NCBI RefSeq assembly: GCF_009914755.1
Contig: NC_060939.1
Length of the DNA stretch: 64,000 nucleotides
Source: the human T2T-CHM13v2.0 reference genome, Homo sapiens
Reading direction: 5' to 3' (one strand)
Part shown: one piece after another, positions 12,611 through 27,781 of the stretch
Position numbering within the stretch: the stretch's first letter is position 1
Layout: the number at the start of each line of letters is the position of its first letter
Translations under genes and position numbers: made by a program
Notes under the pieces: model-generated
Seen by the model: only the letters and a program-made list of their open reading frames with translations
Databases searched by the model: none
Told to the model about the DNA's origin: nothing

Positions 12611-15600
12611 GGTTAAAATGAAAGAAAAATTGTTAAGGACAGCTAGAGAGAAAGGCCAGGTCACCTACAAAGGGAAGCCCATTAGACTAACAGTGGGCCT
12701 CTTAGTGGAAACCCTGCATGCCAGAAGAGATTGGGGGACAATATTCAAAATTCTTAAATAAAAGGAATTGCAACCCAGAATTTCATATCTAGCCTAACTA
12801 AGCTTCATAAGTAAAGGAGAAAAAAGATCCTTCTCAGACAAGCAAATACTAAGGAAATTCATTACCACCGGACCTGTCTTAGAAGAGCTCCTGAAGAAAG
12901 CACTAAATATAGAAAGGAGGGACTGTTACCAGCCATTACAAAAACACACTGATGTACACAGACCAGTGACACTGTAAGGCAACCACATAAACACACCTGC
13001 AAAATAACCAGCTAACATCATGATGACAGGATGAAATCCACACATATCAATACTAACCTTAAATGTAAATGGACTGAATGCCGCAATTAAATGACACAGA
13101 GTGGTAAGCTAGATAAAGAACCAAAACTATCGGTATGTCGTCTTCAAGATAACATGTCAACTCTCAAAATAAAGGGTTGGAGGAAAATCTACCAAGCAAG
13201 TGGAAAAAAGGAAAAAGCAGGGGTTGCAATCCTAGTTTCTGACAAAACAGACTTTAAACCAACAAAAATCAAAAAAGACAAAGAAAGACATTATTACATA
13301 AGGGTAAAGGGTTCAATTCAACAGGAAGAGCTAACTATCCTAAATATAAATACAACCAACACAGGAGCACACAGGTTCATAAAGCAAGTTCTTAGAGACC
13401 TACAAAGAGACTTAGATCCCCACACAACAATCATGGGAGACTTTAACACCCCACTGACAATATTATACAAATAACTGAGACAGAACATTAACAAAGCTAT
13501 TCAGGACCTGAACTCAGCACTGGATCAAATGGACCTGATGTCTATAGAACTCTCCACCCAAAAACAACAGATTATACATTTCTCTCATCACCACAGGACA
13601 CCTATTCTAAAATTGATCATAATTGGAAGTAAAACACTCCTTAGCAAATGCAAAATAACTGAAATCATAACAAACAGTCACCAGGACCACAGCACAATCA
13701 AATTAGAACTCAAGACTAAGAAATTCACTCAAAACCATACAATTACATGGAAATTGTATAACCTACTCCTGAATGACTTTTGGGTAAATGACATTAAGGC
13801 AGAAATGAAAAAGATCTTTGAAACTACCAAGAACAAAGATACAATATACCAGAATCTCTGGGACAAAGCTAAGGTAGGGTTAAGAGAGTAATTTATGGCA
13901 CTAAATGCCCAGATCAAAAAACTAGAAAGATCTCTTGTTAACAGCCTAACTTCACAACTAAAAGAACTAGAGAATCAAGAGCAAAAAAATCCCAAAGCCA
14001 GCAGAAGACCAGAAATAACCAAAATCAGAGCTGAACTAAAGGAGATAACTCACAAAAAAATCTATTCAAGAGATCAACAAACCCAAGAGCTGGTTTTTAG
14101 AAAAAAAAATAAAATAAAATAGATCACTCACTAGACTAATAAAGAAGAAAAGAGAGAAGATTCAAATAACACAATCAGAGATGATAAGGGGGATATTACC
14201 ACTGACCCAACAGAAAAGCAATCCTCGGAGAATATTATAAGCTAGTAATATATACACGTGACCTAGAAAATCTGGAAGAAATAGATAAATTCCTGGACAC
14301 ATGCACCCTCAAAGACTGAACCAGGAAGAAACTGAATCCCTGAACAGACTAATAATGAGTTCTGAAACTGAGGCAGTTAAATAAACAGCTTACCAACCGA
14401 AAAAAGCCCAGGACCAGACAGATTCACAGATGAATTATATGAGATATACAAAGAAGAGCTATTATCATTCCACCTGAAACTATTTCAAAAAATAGAAAAG
14501 GAAAGGATTCGTCCCTAACTCATTCTATGAGGCCAGCATCATCCTGATACAAAAACCTGGCAGAAATATGACAAAAAAAGAAAATTTCCTGTCAGTATTC
14601 CTGATGAACATCAATGAAAATATCCTCAACAAAATACTGGCAAACCAAATCCAGCAGCATATCAGAAAGCTTACCCACCATGATCGAGTATGCTTGATCC
14701 CTGGGATGCAAGTTTGGTTCAACATATGCAAATCAATAAATATGATTCATCACATAAACAGAACTAAAGACAAAAACCACATGATTATCTCCATAGAAGC
14801 AGAAAAGGCTCTCAATAAAATTCAACATCCCTTCATGTTAAAAACTCTCAATAAAGAAGATATTGAAGGAACATACTTCGAAATAATGAGACATATATGA
14901 AAAAACCACAGCCAACATCATACTAAATAGGCAAAAGCTAGAACCATTCTCCCTTGAAAATCAGCACAAGACAAGGATGCCCTCTCTTACTACTCCTATT
15001 CAACACAGTATTGGAATTTCTGGCCAGGGCAATTCCACAAGGGAAATCAATAAAGGTCATTCAAGTAGGAAAAGAGGAAGTCAAACTACCCTTTTCGAAG
15101 ATGTCATGATCCTCTGTCTAGAAAAGCCCATCATCTCAGCCCAAAAACTTCTTAAGCTGTTAAGCAACTTCAGCGAAGTCTCAGGATACAAAATCAATGT
15201 GCAAAAATCATTAGCATTCCTATAAACAACAGTCAAGCTGAGAGCTAAATCACAAACGAACTCCCATTCACAATTGCAACAAAAAGAATAAAACACCTAG
15301 GAATACAGCCAACTAGAAAGGTGAAGGATCTCTACAAGGAGAACAACAAACCATGGCTCAAATAAATCAGAGATGACACAAACAAATGGAAAAACATTCC
15401 ATGTTCATGAATAGGAAGAATCAACGTCATTAAAATGGCCATACTGCCTAGCAATTCACAGTTTCATTGCTATTCATATCAAGCTATCAACGTCATTTTT
15501 CACATAACTAGAAAAAACTATCTTAAAATTCATATGGAACCAAAAAAGAGCCTGAATGGCCAGGGCAATCCTAAGCAAAAAGAACAAAGTTGGAGGCATC

Positions 15601-17046
15601 ACGTTACCTGATTTCAAACTATACTACAGGGCTGCAGTAACCAAAACAGCAAGGTACTGGTACAAGAACAGACACATAGACCAATGGAACAGAATAGAGA
15701 ACCCAGAAATAAGATCACACACCTAAAACTATCTGATCTTTGGTGAACCTGACAAAAACAAGCAATAGGGAAAGGATTCCTTACTTAATAAATGTTGCTG
15801 GGATAACTGGTTAGCCACATGCAGAAGATTAAAACTGGACCCCTTCCTTACACCATATACAAAAATTAACTCAAGATGGATTAAAGACTTGAATGTAAAA
15901 CACAAAATTATAAAAACCCTGGAAGATAACCTAAGCAATACCATTCGGGATATAGGCATAGGCAAAGGTTTAATGGCAAAGATGCCAAAAGCAACTGCAA
16001 CAAAAGCAAACATTGGCAAATGGGATCTAATTAAACTAAAGAGCTTCTGCACAGCGAAAGAAACTATCAATAGAGCAAACAGGCAACCTGCAGAATGGGA
16101 GAAAATTTTTGCAAAATATGCATCTTACGAAAGTCTAACATCCAGAGTCTAAAAGAACTTAAACAAATTTACAAGAAAAAAAACTCTATTAAAACATGGG
16201 CAAAGGAAATGAACAGACACTTTTCAAAGGAAGACATATATGTGGCCAAAAATCATATGAAAGAAAGCTTAACATCACTAATCACTGGAGAAATGCAAAT
16301 CAAAACCACAACGAGATAATACCTCACACTAGTCAGAATGTTGAAGTCAAAAAATTATAGATTAGAAAATCAAAAATAACAGATGCTGGAGAGACTGTGG
16401 AGAAAAGGAACGCTTATACATTGTTGGTGGGAATGTAAATTAGTTCAGCCATTGTGGAAGACAGTGTGGTGATTCCTCAAAGACCTAAAGACAGAAATAC
16501 CACTCAACCCAACAATCCCATTAGTGGATATATACCCAAAGGAATATAAATCATTCTATTATAAAGACACATGAACATGTATGTTCATTGCAGATCTATT
16601 CACAATAACAAAGACATGGAATAAACCTAAATGTCAATCAATGGTAGACTGGATAAAGAAAATGTGGCTCATATACTCCATGGAATACTATGCAGCCATA
16701 AAAGAGAACAAGATCACGTGCTTTGCACTGACATGGATGGAGTCGGTGGCCATTATCCTCCAGTAAACTGACACAGGAACAGAAAACCAAATACTGCATG
16801 TTCTCACTTATAAGTGGGAGCTAAATGATGGGAACACTTGAACACGTAGAAGGGAACAACCTACACTGCAACCTACTGAAGAACAGAAGGTGGGAGGAGA
16901 GAGAGGATCAGGAAAAACTACTAATGAGTACTAGGCTTAATGCCTGAGTGATGAAATAATCTGTACTGCAAACCCCCATACACAAGTTTATCTATGAAAC
17001 AAACCTGCACTTATACCCCTCAACTTAAAATAAAAGTTTTAAAAAA
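12611..17046 (+). mobile_element. LINE-1, older L1PA (about L1PA13-16), 5'-truncated in ORF1, ORF2 frameshifted; antisense to WDR72
   Basis: ORF fragments match L1 ORF1p (KEKLLRTAREKGQVTYKGKPIRLT), endonuclease (GWRKIYQ...GDFNTPL), RT ([12 protein letters not shown]) and the C-terminus. 3'UTR ends aacttaaaataaaagtt. Confidence 0.95.
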
Positions 17047-17096
17047 GTAAAATCAAGCTAACATAATTCAACTAACTGCTTAAATGAATGGCTTTA

Positions 17097-17508
<412 letters not shown>

Positions 17509-17944
17509 TCAAGAAGTTTAAACTATCTCACAGAGTCATGCATCAGGCCAGTAGCAGAGATGAGAAGAGAACCTTGAAGTCTGGACTTCCTGTAGAGTGG
17601 GTAAATTCTCTGGTAGTCTTTGTCCACAGCCAGCATTTCACATACCGTCACAGAATCTTAGAACCTTAAAGGTCTGTTAGTCCAAACATGCCCAAATCAC
17701 ATTAAAGTTTATTTGAAGGTCAAATGAACAACTATCAAAGATCTTCAAGTGAGAGCAATTTAAGAGAAATGTTCTGCTGAATCCTTCTTTTTAATAATTT
17801 TTTCCCCATTTAGGAATTTTTTGGCCACTGGGGAAAAAATCTCACTTTTAATAGATAAACCTTTTTAGGGTGACTGCTAATGTGCTGATAAAGTTGCCTG
17901 TACTTGTGTTTATTCCAATTATTACAGAGGTTGCCTGCATAGCT

Positions 17945-18460
17945 ACTCATTCACTCATTAAATATGTATTGACTGCCTACTGTCACTTCTGCTTTTCTGG
18001 GCATTGGTAAGAGAGGGGCAAATGAGACAAACAAGGTCACTGCTCTCAGCAAGCTTATATAACAGCGAGAAGACAAAATAAGCAAGCAAAACAGCAAATA
18101 ATATAATTTTCATTAAAAGTAATCACAGCAAAAAAACTAGGTAATGTGATGATGACTAGATGACTGGGGTTGGGTAGAATGTGGCAGCAATATTAGTTGG
18201 AGTTATAAGAGAAGACTTCTTTAAGGAGATCGATTTTTTAAGCAAAGACCTAAATGATTAATGAAGAAATGAGAATTCTAGCCCAAGAGAACAGTAAGAT
18301 CCTGAGTTCAAATGAGCTTTACGTCTTCTGGAAATAAAAAGAAAGCCAGTTGGGGCTAAATCAAGGTAAGATAGGAGGTGGCAAATGATGACAGATGTGG
18401 TCAGGCTGGGGAAAAAATCACATGCATATTTGCAGGCCATGATAACAAGTTTTTATAGCC
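17945..18460 (-). mobile_element. L2 LINE remnant
   Basis: cattcactcattaaatatgtattgactgcctact is the reverse of the L2 3' end, followed by purine-rich L2 body text. Confidence 0.65.
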
Positions 18461-18809
18461 ATTCCAACTGTGTATATTTAGTATTATAGCATCAGCCCCT
18501 ATAGTATATTACGAGTTAACTTTGTTTCCCCATAACCAAGAATAATCATTTGTAATTGGAGTTATTGCTATTTTAATCTTGCAAATATGATATGTAATGT
18601 ATCAAGTTCATAAAAAAGAATAAACTTCTAGTAAACATTCATCGAATCGACGCACAACTATTTATTGTACAATTCACAAAGGTACTGCTAAAATTTTGAG
18701 ACCAAAAGTAGCCTTAAAGGAGAAAGAAGGATTTAAATTGGACATTGAAGAACCAGTCCTCTAAGTCAACTCACAGATGAGGTACTCTCAGAATTAAAAA
18801 AAAAAGACT

Positions 18810-20705
18810 TATTAAATTACAAAACTATAGTAACCAAAACAGCACAGTACTGGCTCAAAAGGAGACATATGGACCAATGGAAGAGAACAGAGAACCTAGA
18901 AACAAATCCATACACCTACTGTGAACTCATTTTCGACAAAAGTGCCAAGAACATACATTGGGGAAAAGACAGTCTCTTCAATAAATGGTGCTGGGAAATC
19001 CTTATGCAGAAGAATGAAACTAGACCCCTATCTCTTACCGTATACAAAAGTCAAATCAAAATGGATTGAAGACTTAAATCTAAGCCATTAAACTATCAAA
19101 CTACTACAAGAAAACATTGGGGGAGATCTCCAGGACATTGGTTTGGGCAAAAATTTCCTGAGTAAGCACAGGCAACCAATGCAAAAATGGACAAATGGAA
19201 TCACATCAAATTTAAAAGCTTCTGCATAGCAAAGGAAACAATCAACAAAAACAAGAGACGATCCACAGAATGAGAGAAAATATTTGCAAACTACCCATCT
19301 GACAAGGGATTAATACCCAGAGTATACAGGGAGCTCAAACAACTCTATAGGAAAAATCTAACAATCCAATAAAAAAATGGCCAAAATAATTGAATAGACA
19401 TTTCTCAAAAGAAGACATACAAAGAATAAACAGGCATATGCAAAGGTACTCAACATCACTTATCATCAGAGAAATGCAAATCAAAGCAACAATGCAATAT
19501 CATGTCACCCCAGTTAAAATGGCTTATATCCAAAATACAGGCAATATCAAAAGCTGGTGAGGATGTGGAGAAAAGAAAATCCACTGTTGGTGGAAATGTA
19601 AATGAGTACAACCACTATGGAGAACAGTTTGGAGGTTCCTCAAAAAACTAAAAATAGATCTACCATATGATACAGCAATCCCACTGCTCAGTATAACCCC
19701 AAAGAAAGCAAACCAGTATATCAAAGAGAAATCTGCACTCCTATGTTTGTTGCAGAACTGTTCACAACAGCCAAGATTTGGAAGCAACCTAAGTATTTGG
19801 AAGCAATTAAGTATCCATCAACAGATAAATGGATAAAGAAAACATGGTACACATACACAATACAGCACTATTCAGTTATAAAAAAAATGAGATCCTGTCA
19901 TTTGCAACATCATGGATAAACTGGAGATCATTATGTTAAGTGAAATAAGCCAGGCACAGATACACTAATATTGCATGTTTTCACTTATGTGTGGAATCTC
20001 GCAATCAAAACAGGTCAGGTGAGATGGCACACACTTGTAATCCTAGCACTTTGGAAGGCTGAGGTGGGAGGATCGCTTGAGCCCAGGAATTTGAGACCAG
20101 CCTGGGCAACATGGCAAAACTCCATCTCTTTAAAAATACAGAAAAAATTAGCCAGGTGTGGTGTGCATGCCTGTAGTTCCAGTTACTCAGGAGGCTGAGG
20201 TGGGAGGATCACTTGAGCCTGGAAGAACGAGGCTGCAGTGAGCTGTTACTGTACCACTGCACTCCAGACTGGGTGACAGAGCGAGATCCTTTCTCAAAAA
20301 TAAATAAATAAATAAATAAATAAATATAAAAATAAAAACAATTGAACTCATGGACATAGAGAGTAGAAGAATGGTTAGCAGAGGCTGGGAAGGGTAGTGT
20401 GGGATAGAGGTAGGTGGGGATGATTAATAGGTGCCAAAAAATGTTAGAAAGAATGAATAATACCTACTATTTGATAGCACAACAGGGTGATTATAGTCAA
20501 TAATAATTTAATTTTACTTTTTAAGATAACTAAAAGTGTATAAATGGATTATTTCTAACACAAAGGACAAATGCTTGAGGTTATGGATACCCCATTCTCT
20601 GTGATGTGATAATTAGGCATTGCATGCCTGTATTAAAATATTTCATATACCCCATAAATATATATGACCACTATGTGCCCACAAAAATCAAAAATTAAAA
20701 AAAAA
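18810..20705 (+). mobile_element. L1MA (L1MA2/3-like) 3' fragment interrupted by an Alu
   Basis: ORF2 C-terminal fragment ([16 protein letters not shown]...[12 protein letters not shown]) and an L1MA-type 3'UTR (tttgatagcacaacagggtga...). Confidence 0.9.
20013..20335 (+). mobile_element. AluJ nested in L1MA, with (TAAA)n tail
   Basis: Full dimer with ggaggatcgcttgagcccagga AluJ-type diagnostic text. Confidence 0.92.
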
Positions 20706-21049
20706 TCTAATTTCACATAATCAAATTCCCACACATAGGTACTTTAATGTATGGCATATTTTGAAATCAAATAATGGACAATCCTGCTTCAAACTGAAGC
20801 TTCAACAAGCAAGAAATTACCTGTGATAGCAAGAACCTCCCTCCCTCAGCCCCGGGCATTCACGCTCCCCTAGTGAATGGTGTACCCTTGCTTATGTTAT
20901 GGTCCGTGTTTTCCCTCATCTCTATGTCTGTTCAAAGGCCATTTTATGAGGACAAGAGTAACTGCTTGTATTTTCAGATAGAGGGGGGTATCCATGAACC
21001 ACAGCAGCAAGGAACTCTTCTAATAACGTCATGAATGTGAATTATATCA

Positions 21050-21169
<120 letters not shown>

Positions 21170-21194
21170 TTAAAAATGGATAATGGCTCTTAAG

Positions 21195-21362
21195 ATGGGC
21201 TGCATATTAGAATCACCTGGGAAGCTTTGTTTTTTATAAACACCAATGCCCAGGTTCAATCTTCCAGAGATTTTTATTTTACAGATCCTGTGGTAGAGGT
21301 GGGACAGGCATTAATGCTTTGTAAAAGTGCCACAGATGATTTACATATACAGCCAGGGTTCA
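21195..21362. mobile_element. hAT-Charlie MITE (MER5A/B-like) just upstream of the exon 17 acceptor
   Basis: ggctgcatattagaatcacctgggaagcttt...aatgcccagg...gatgatt...cagccagggtt. Confidence 0.7.
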
Positions 21363-23709
21363 CATCCATTTGTGTACATTTATACACACACACACACACA
21401 CACACAATTTATATGTAATTCTAACAATTATACTAACACATATTCACATCAAATCAAATTCATTTTTACAGCTTCAACACATTTTTGTTCTTTTTGCTGA
21501 CCCAAGACAGATCACCAAATCTTACAATTCCTTCCTTATACAAATTCTGAAATTCTACTCTGCCATGAATTAGTCTCTATCACATGTAAAATCAAATCAA
21601 AGACTTCCTTTGATTTGTCCTTACCCAGCTATACCACTTTGATCAATAGGTAGAGCACTACTGTTTTAATTTAACTCATTCTGTTATGTATTATTTCTTC
21701 TCTGTTTGCCCTCTCCAGTGTCCTTTCTATTTGCCTTAATGTTCAGTGTGAAATTTTAAGAATGAGTGAGTGCTTGGTCTATGTAAACTGGTTCATAGAG
21801 TGTCCAGCAGTTTCCTACACAAAAAAGTACTTAATAAGTGCCTTTTCATTAATTGAAAATGTACATATAACCATAATGAACAATCGATGAGTTAAGGCTT
21901 TCTGATGGCTACAGTCTATTATCTAGGTGCCAGATCCTGAGAGATAGGGAAGACTGGTAAGGGCTTCTGCAAGCGGAAAAGTTGTTACTATAATTGTCTA
22001 CTTAAATTAATATATTGATATATGTTTGACATTGTGGTATCAACTATTTAAATTAGCATTTGTCTGATACACTTTTCATCAAATCCCTATTTTTATATTA
22101 ACATATGAGGTATATATATATATATGAATATATATTTACCACATTAGCAGTCAAGGAAAATGCAATAAAGGTATTGTATACAATGCAATTTGAGAACATA
22201 AAAGTAATACATAAGAAACTTCTGACCAATTATTGATATTACTTTTTCCTGATAGAGCATTTAATATAAATGTAAAATGACCAAGAACACTATATAAAAC
22301 ATGGAAGTATGGTAGAAGATTATAATTTTGACATGTTTTCCATTTCTTCATGAACACAGCAGGTAAGAGAACATTTTCTTTTGATCTCTGTTTTTCCTCC
22401 CTCTCCCACTTTGTGGACCTTGTGACTCAACCATCAAAGCTAAGTATTGGTCTCAACTGTAACTACTTACTAGCATCATGGGGTACTTCACAGCACAATT
22501 TAATGTGATGTTAAAATTTTAATATGTGATAGAAATGAGAGCCAACTTATCTTGGCAATGTCAGTGAGTTAAAGAATTAATTGCAACTTTAGGGGGAAAG
22601 ATAAAAGAAAGTATCCCAGCCTTACCAACATTATTCAGTCAATTCCTGCTGACAGAAGTGAATACTGGTTCCTAACAACGTTTTAGATGAGCACCTCGGA
22701 GTATTATTTTTATTCTTTAGGATTTGGCTTCATAAAATTAATACCATGAAGTCAATACTTCCTTTCTTTAACCTTCCATCTTCCTATTATTTTTTTGAAA
22801 AACATGTTTCCCTACTCCTTAGCTGAATTTCAAATGCTATAAGTGCCAACCTAAATTCCAGAGAGATGATTCTATAGTAACAGTAGCTGCTTAGGCTTTT
22901 TGCTGGGGCACCCATAGGAAAAGCAGGGGCCTCCTTGATTCTGGTTAGCAATCCCCTGTCTTTGCAGAAACACTTATATTAAATCTTAAATTCCAATCCC
23001 CTTCCCAGTTACGAGTGCTAAAAAACAAACAAACAAACAACAACAACAACAACAAAACACTGGATAACTAACCCTAATAAGAGTAACTATCTAAGGAGAA
23101 AGGAGGCAACCCAGACTGGGGCTATTTAGATGGAACATTATCTGTAATCATAAATGTGAGAAGTGGCCTGACACAGTGGACAGGAAATGGGGTTAGGAAT
23201 CAGATTTGGATTGGAATGCAGGCCCCTCTACTGAATAGCTGTTTGCCTATGAGTCATCTAACTTCCTTGAGTCCCATTTTTTTTTTTTAACGGTAAAACA
23301 GAGATGCTGCCTCCTACTGTGCAGGGTTGTTTTTACATTAAATGAGATAATATATGTAAAACCATTAACATAATTCTTGGAACAAACTAAGCACAAGTTA
23401 ATTGGAAGCTAATAATAAACTCTCACTTGAAAATACTCTTTTCAACAGTCGTGTGAGGGCCACTGTGTACTGTCATTCAGGTCACCCCATCCTATGGATC
23501 ATATGCTGCACAGCTTTGGAGGCAACATGTGCATTGTATCTGGGATCACATTCCCATTTTACAAATGTAGTAATTAGGGCTTTTAAAAAGGAAAAGACAT
23601 GCCCAATAGAACACAAATAGTGAATGGCAGAGCTGGATCTTGAATCTCAGCCATCTATCTTATTTATCTCCAAAACCACTGTTCTAGTCATTATTTATCC
23701 TTTAATTTC

Positions 23710-24700
23710 ATTTGTCCATTAATTGAACTCATCCACTAATTCAAAAGTTATTTGCTAATTCCTTCTAGATATTGTTCTAGGAACCAGGGACACAGCAATG
23801 AATAAAACTGTCACAAAAATATAACTTCTATGGAGCTTACAACTTAGTAGCAGGAGGCAGATGAGATTTTTTAAAGTAACAGATGTCAGATAGATAGTGA
23901 AGAGGCTTATGGAGAACAGTACAACAGCGAAAGGGGTAGGGAGTGCTGCTGCAGTGATAAAGTGGCATTGGAGCAAGACTTGATGGATGGTAGCGGGTGG
24001 AGGGTGAGCAGGTTGAGCTATATGAAGGTCTAGGGAAAGAACACCACAGGCAAAGGTACAGCTAATGCAAAGGTCCTCAGACCTGCTTGTCATGCTTGGG
24101 TAAGAGTAAAAAGGCTAGGGTAGCTGGAATGAGTTAAGCAGGGGGTGAGCACTAAGAGAGAAGGTTGGATGGGGGTGTATATGTGATGACATAGGTAGAG
24201 CAGCCAGATCCTATAGGGCTTTCTGTGCTATAGTAAGGACAATGGCTTTTATTCTGAGCGAAACAGAAGCCACCAGAAGGTTATACATAGACGAGTGAGG
24301 TTCTGACTTAGTTCTGAATAAATCATTCTGGCTGCTTGGGTGGGAACAGAGTGCAGGAGTCAAGAATAGGAACAGAGAGATGATCAGGAGCCTGCTATGG
24401 TCATCCAGGCAAGACAGGATGAACGCTCACAGGGGTGAGGGTGAGGGAAAGGAAGGTTGAGGGGGATGGAGTTGCTGGTGTAGGGGGTGAGAAGCAGTCA
24501 GATTCTGGGATACATTCTGAAGGTAGAACTGACACAATTACTGACAGATTGGATGTGGGGTATGAGAGAAAGGGAAAGTAAAAAAGAATCGCAAGGTTCT
24601 TCGCTTGAGCAATTGGTGATTGGAAGGATAGAACTGTCATTTATTGAGATGTCCCAAACTTGGAAAAGCAGGTTTGGGAGATACATTTGCCATTTGGCAT
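23710..24700 (-). mobile_element. L2 LINE remnant (L2a-like)
   Basis: Typical reverse L2 text: ctaggaaccagggacacagcaatgaataaaac, gattctgggatacattctgaaggtagaactgaca. Confidence 0.8.
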
Positions 24701-24989
24701 CAAGAGGAAATCTAAACACTGAAGTTGAGAATATAACCTTCTGAAATTGCAAGAAAATTATCTAATATAATAATCATTTATTTGGTAATAAAGATGATGC
24801 AATAAACTTTCCAATAAAACACAATAATAAAATACTTAACATATAAGTATTTCCTTTGCTGAAAAGTTTCAAATTTTTAGGCATTTCAAAGATCATTTGA
24901 AATCTATGTTTTATAAATGTTCAAATGTTATGTCTATGTTTTAAAATTATAAAATGTTCAATCTATGTTTTTAAATGTTTTATAAACGT

Positions 24990-25071
24990 CACCCACCTTA
25001 TTTTCTAAATGAAGAAAGTAAGGCCCAGAAAAGCTAAATGACTAGCCTAAAGCCACACAGCTAGTGTAATC
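24990..25071. repeat. 82-bp direct repeat, copy A (MIR-derived); copy B at 26300-26381
   Basis: Manual alignment: 76/82 identical, ungapped, offset 1310 bp. Confidence 0.95.
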
Positions 25072-25174
25072 ACAAACATAGGTAAAATCTATGTTTTATA
25101 TATGTTATTTATTTTGACACTGCTAACCAGTTATAGAAAGACTAGTTATGTCCTTTCACAGAAAAAAAAAATCA

Positions 25175-25321
<147 letters not shown>

Positions 25322-26299
25322 TTACTAAAAAGCATGAAAAATTATTTGAGGAAATAAATCAAAGATATGGGTACATGACCACTTTAGCAAATTTGGAAAT
25401 TGAATACAAATTATTTTTAGCAATATCTTTCACATCAATTTCTCTTGTGAATCTGATTTCCTCACTTTGCTCCCACCTAAAATCTTATTTATTTATTTTT
25501 TTAGGCTCCCACCTAAAATCTTAATCCCAATTGACCTGCACATCTTAGTTTGCCAGAATTATCTGTGAACTATGTTTACAAGACAGGCTTTGCTATTTTA
25601 GGTTACATGATTACTGACTAATGCAACAAATTTAAAAAACCCAATATGTTCACATCTGTCAAAGAATTATCCTCAGGTATCATTGGAGCCTTATGAAGGC
25701 AGGTTTTACCCTAGGCCAGTGTTCTAATCATAGGAATCTTCCGAAACTGCCAGGGATGTTCTGATAAGTAGGCAGGTGTTGCCTTAAAATATAGTTAAAT
25801 CATGTGCCCAGGTGTTAAGCACACAAGGATTTCTCAACCTTCACAACCACAGTAAAATCTTTGTGAAATGGTCACATTTGTTGGAAGGATTTGGTGTGAC
25901 AAATCCAATATACATGATTTTGATTTCTCAAAAAATAATATCTGGGCTCTGACAGCAGATCAAATCTTGAGTGGCTGCAGTAGAGAAGCAGTCTCTAATC
26001 CTGACACCTTCATTCTATAATTTGTTTCAATGAAGAATTCTTTAAAGAGTCAACCAACGTGTGACAACATTTGAAAGGCTATTTAATGAAAGGCGTACCA
26101 AAAGTCCATAAGCTTCCCTAAAGTGCACCAGACATCAGACACATCATTTCCATCCTGTAATCTGTACCAGGAATAAACTTAGAATGAAAACCTCTGGCAA
26201 ACAACTAAGTCCCTCATCTGCTCTGTGGGATCATGATTAGACCAATAAATCAAACTGGTTACCAGCCTAAGCTTTTAAGAATTTGACAATCACCTACAC

Positions 26300-26381
26300 C
26301 ACCCACCTCATTTTGTAAATGAGGAAAGTAAGGCCCAGAAAAGCAAAGTGACTAGCCCAAAGCCACACAGCTAGTGTAATC
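26300..26381. repeat. 82-bp direct repeat, copy B (MIR core, reverse orientation)
   Basis: cctcattttgtaaatgaggaaagtaaggcccaga...gtgactagcccaaagccacacagctagt is reverse MIR core text. Confidence 0.9.
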
Positions 26382-26962
26382 TCAACACTCAAAAGCAACA
26401 GTTATTACTAAACTGTACTATGTATAAATGAATCACTAAATAGCCTCTTCTATTTTATTCTATTTTAATATGCCAAAATATAAAATAAATGGTAAAATTT
26501 GAGGTATGAAATTTTCAAAGTTTTCCTTCTCTGACGATATAAAAATATATCATCATAAGCATTTACTTAAATGTTTTTGCTCATACTTGATTCACACCAT
26601 GTATAATGGATTTCAAGACGTATATGTGTCTATGTATGTATATGTGTATGTATGTATGTATGTATCTATCTATCAACTCATTCAACATCCCACACTATGT
26701 CTTTCCTGGCACATATTATGAGAACATTGAATATTTGTTGAGTTAATGAATTTTAAATCATATAGATTTATTGCCAAATTATACTCTAATCCCAAACAAT
26801 TAAAAGGGAGATTTTCTTAAATGTTTTTTAAACCAGAAATTGTTGCATACTTACCCCCCACTGGAAAGAAGGAAGGAATGTTAAAGAGCTAAATATAGCA
26901 AATAATGATATATATTTTTAATGTCATAATCTAGTATAGTCAAAATCTCTAGGTATGTCTTA

Positions 26963-27781
<819 letters not shown>

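Noticed and set aside
12576-16766. Series of ORFs with endonuclease and reverse-transcriptase similarity
   Set aside because: Frameshifted fragments of a dead L1, not a functional gene.
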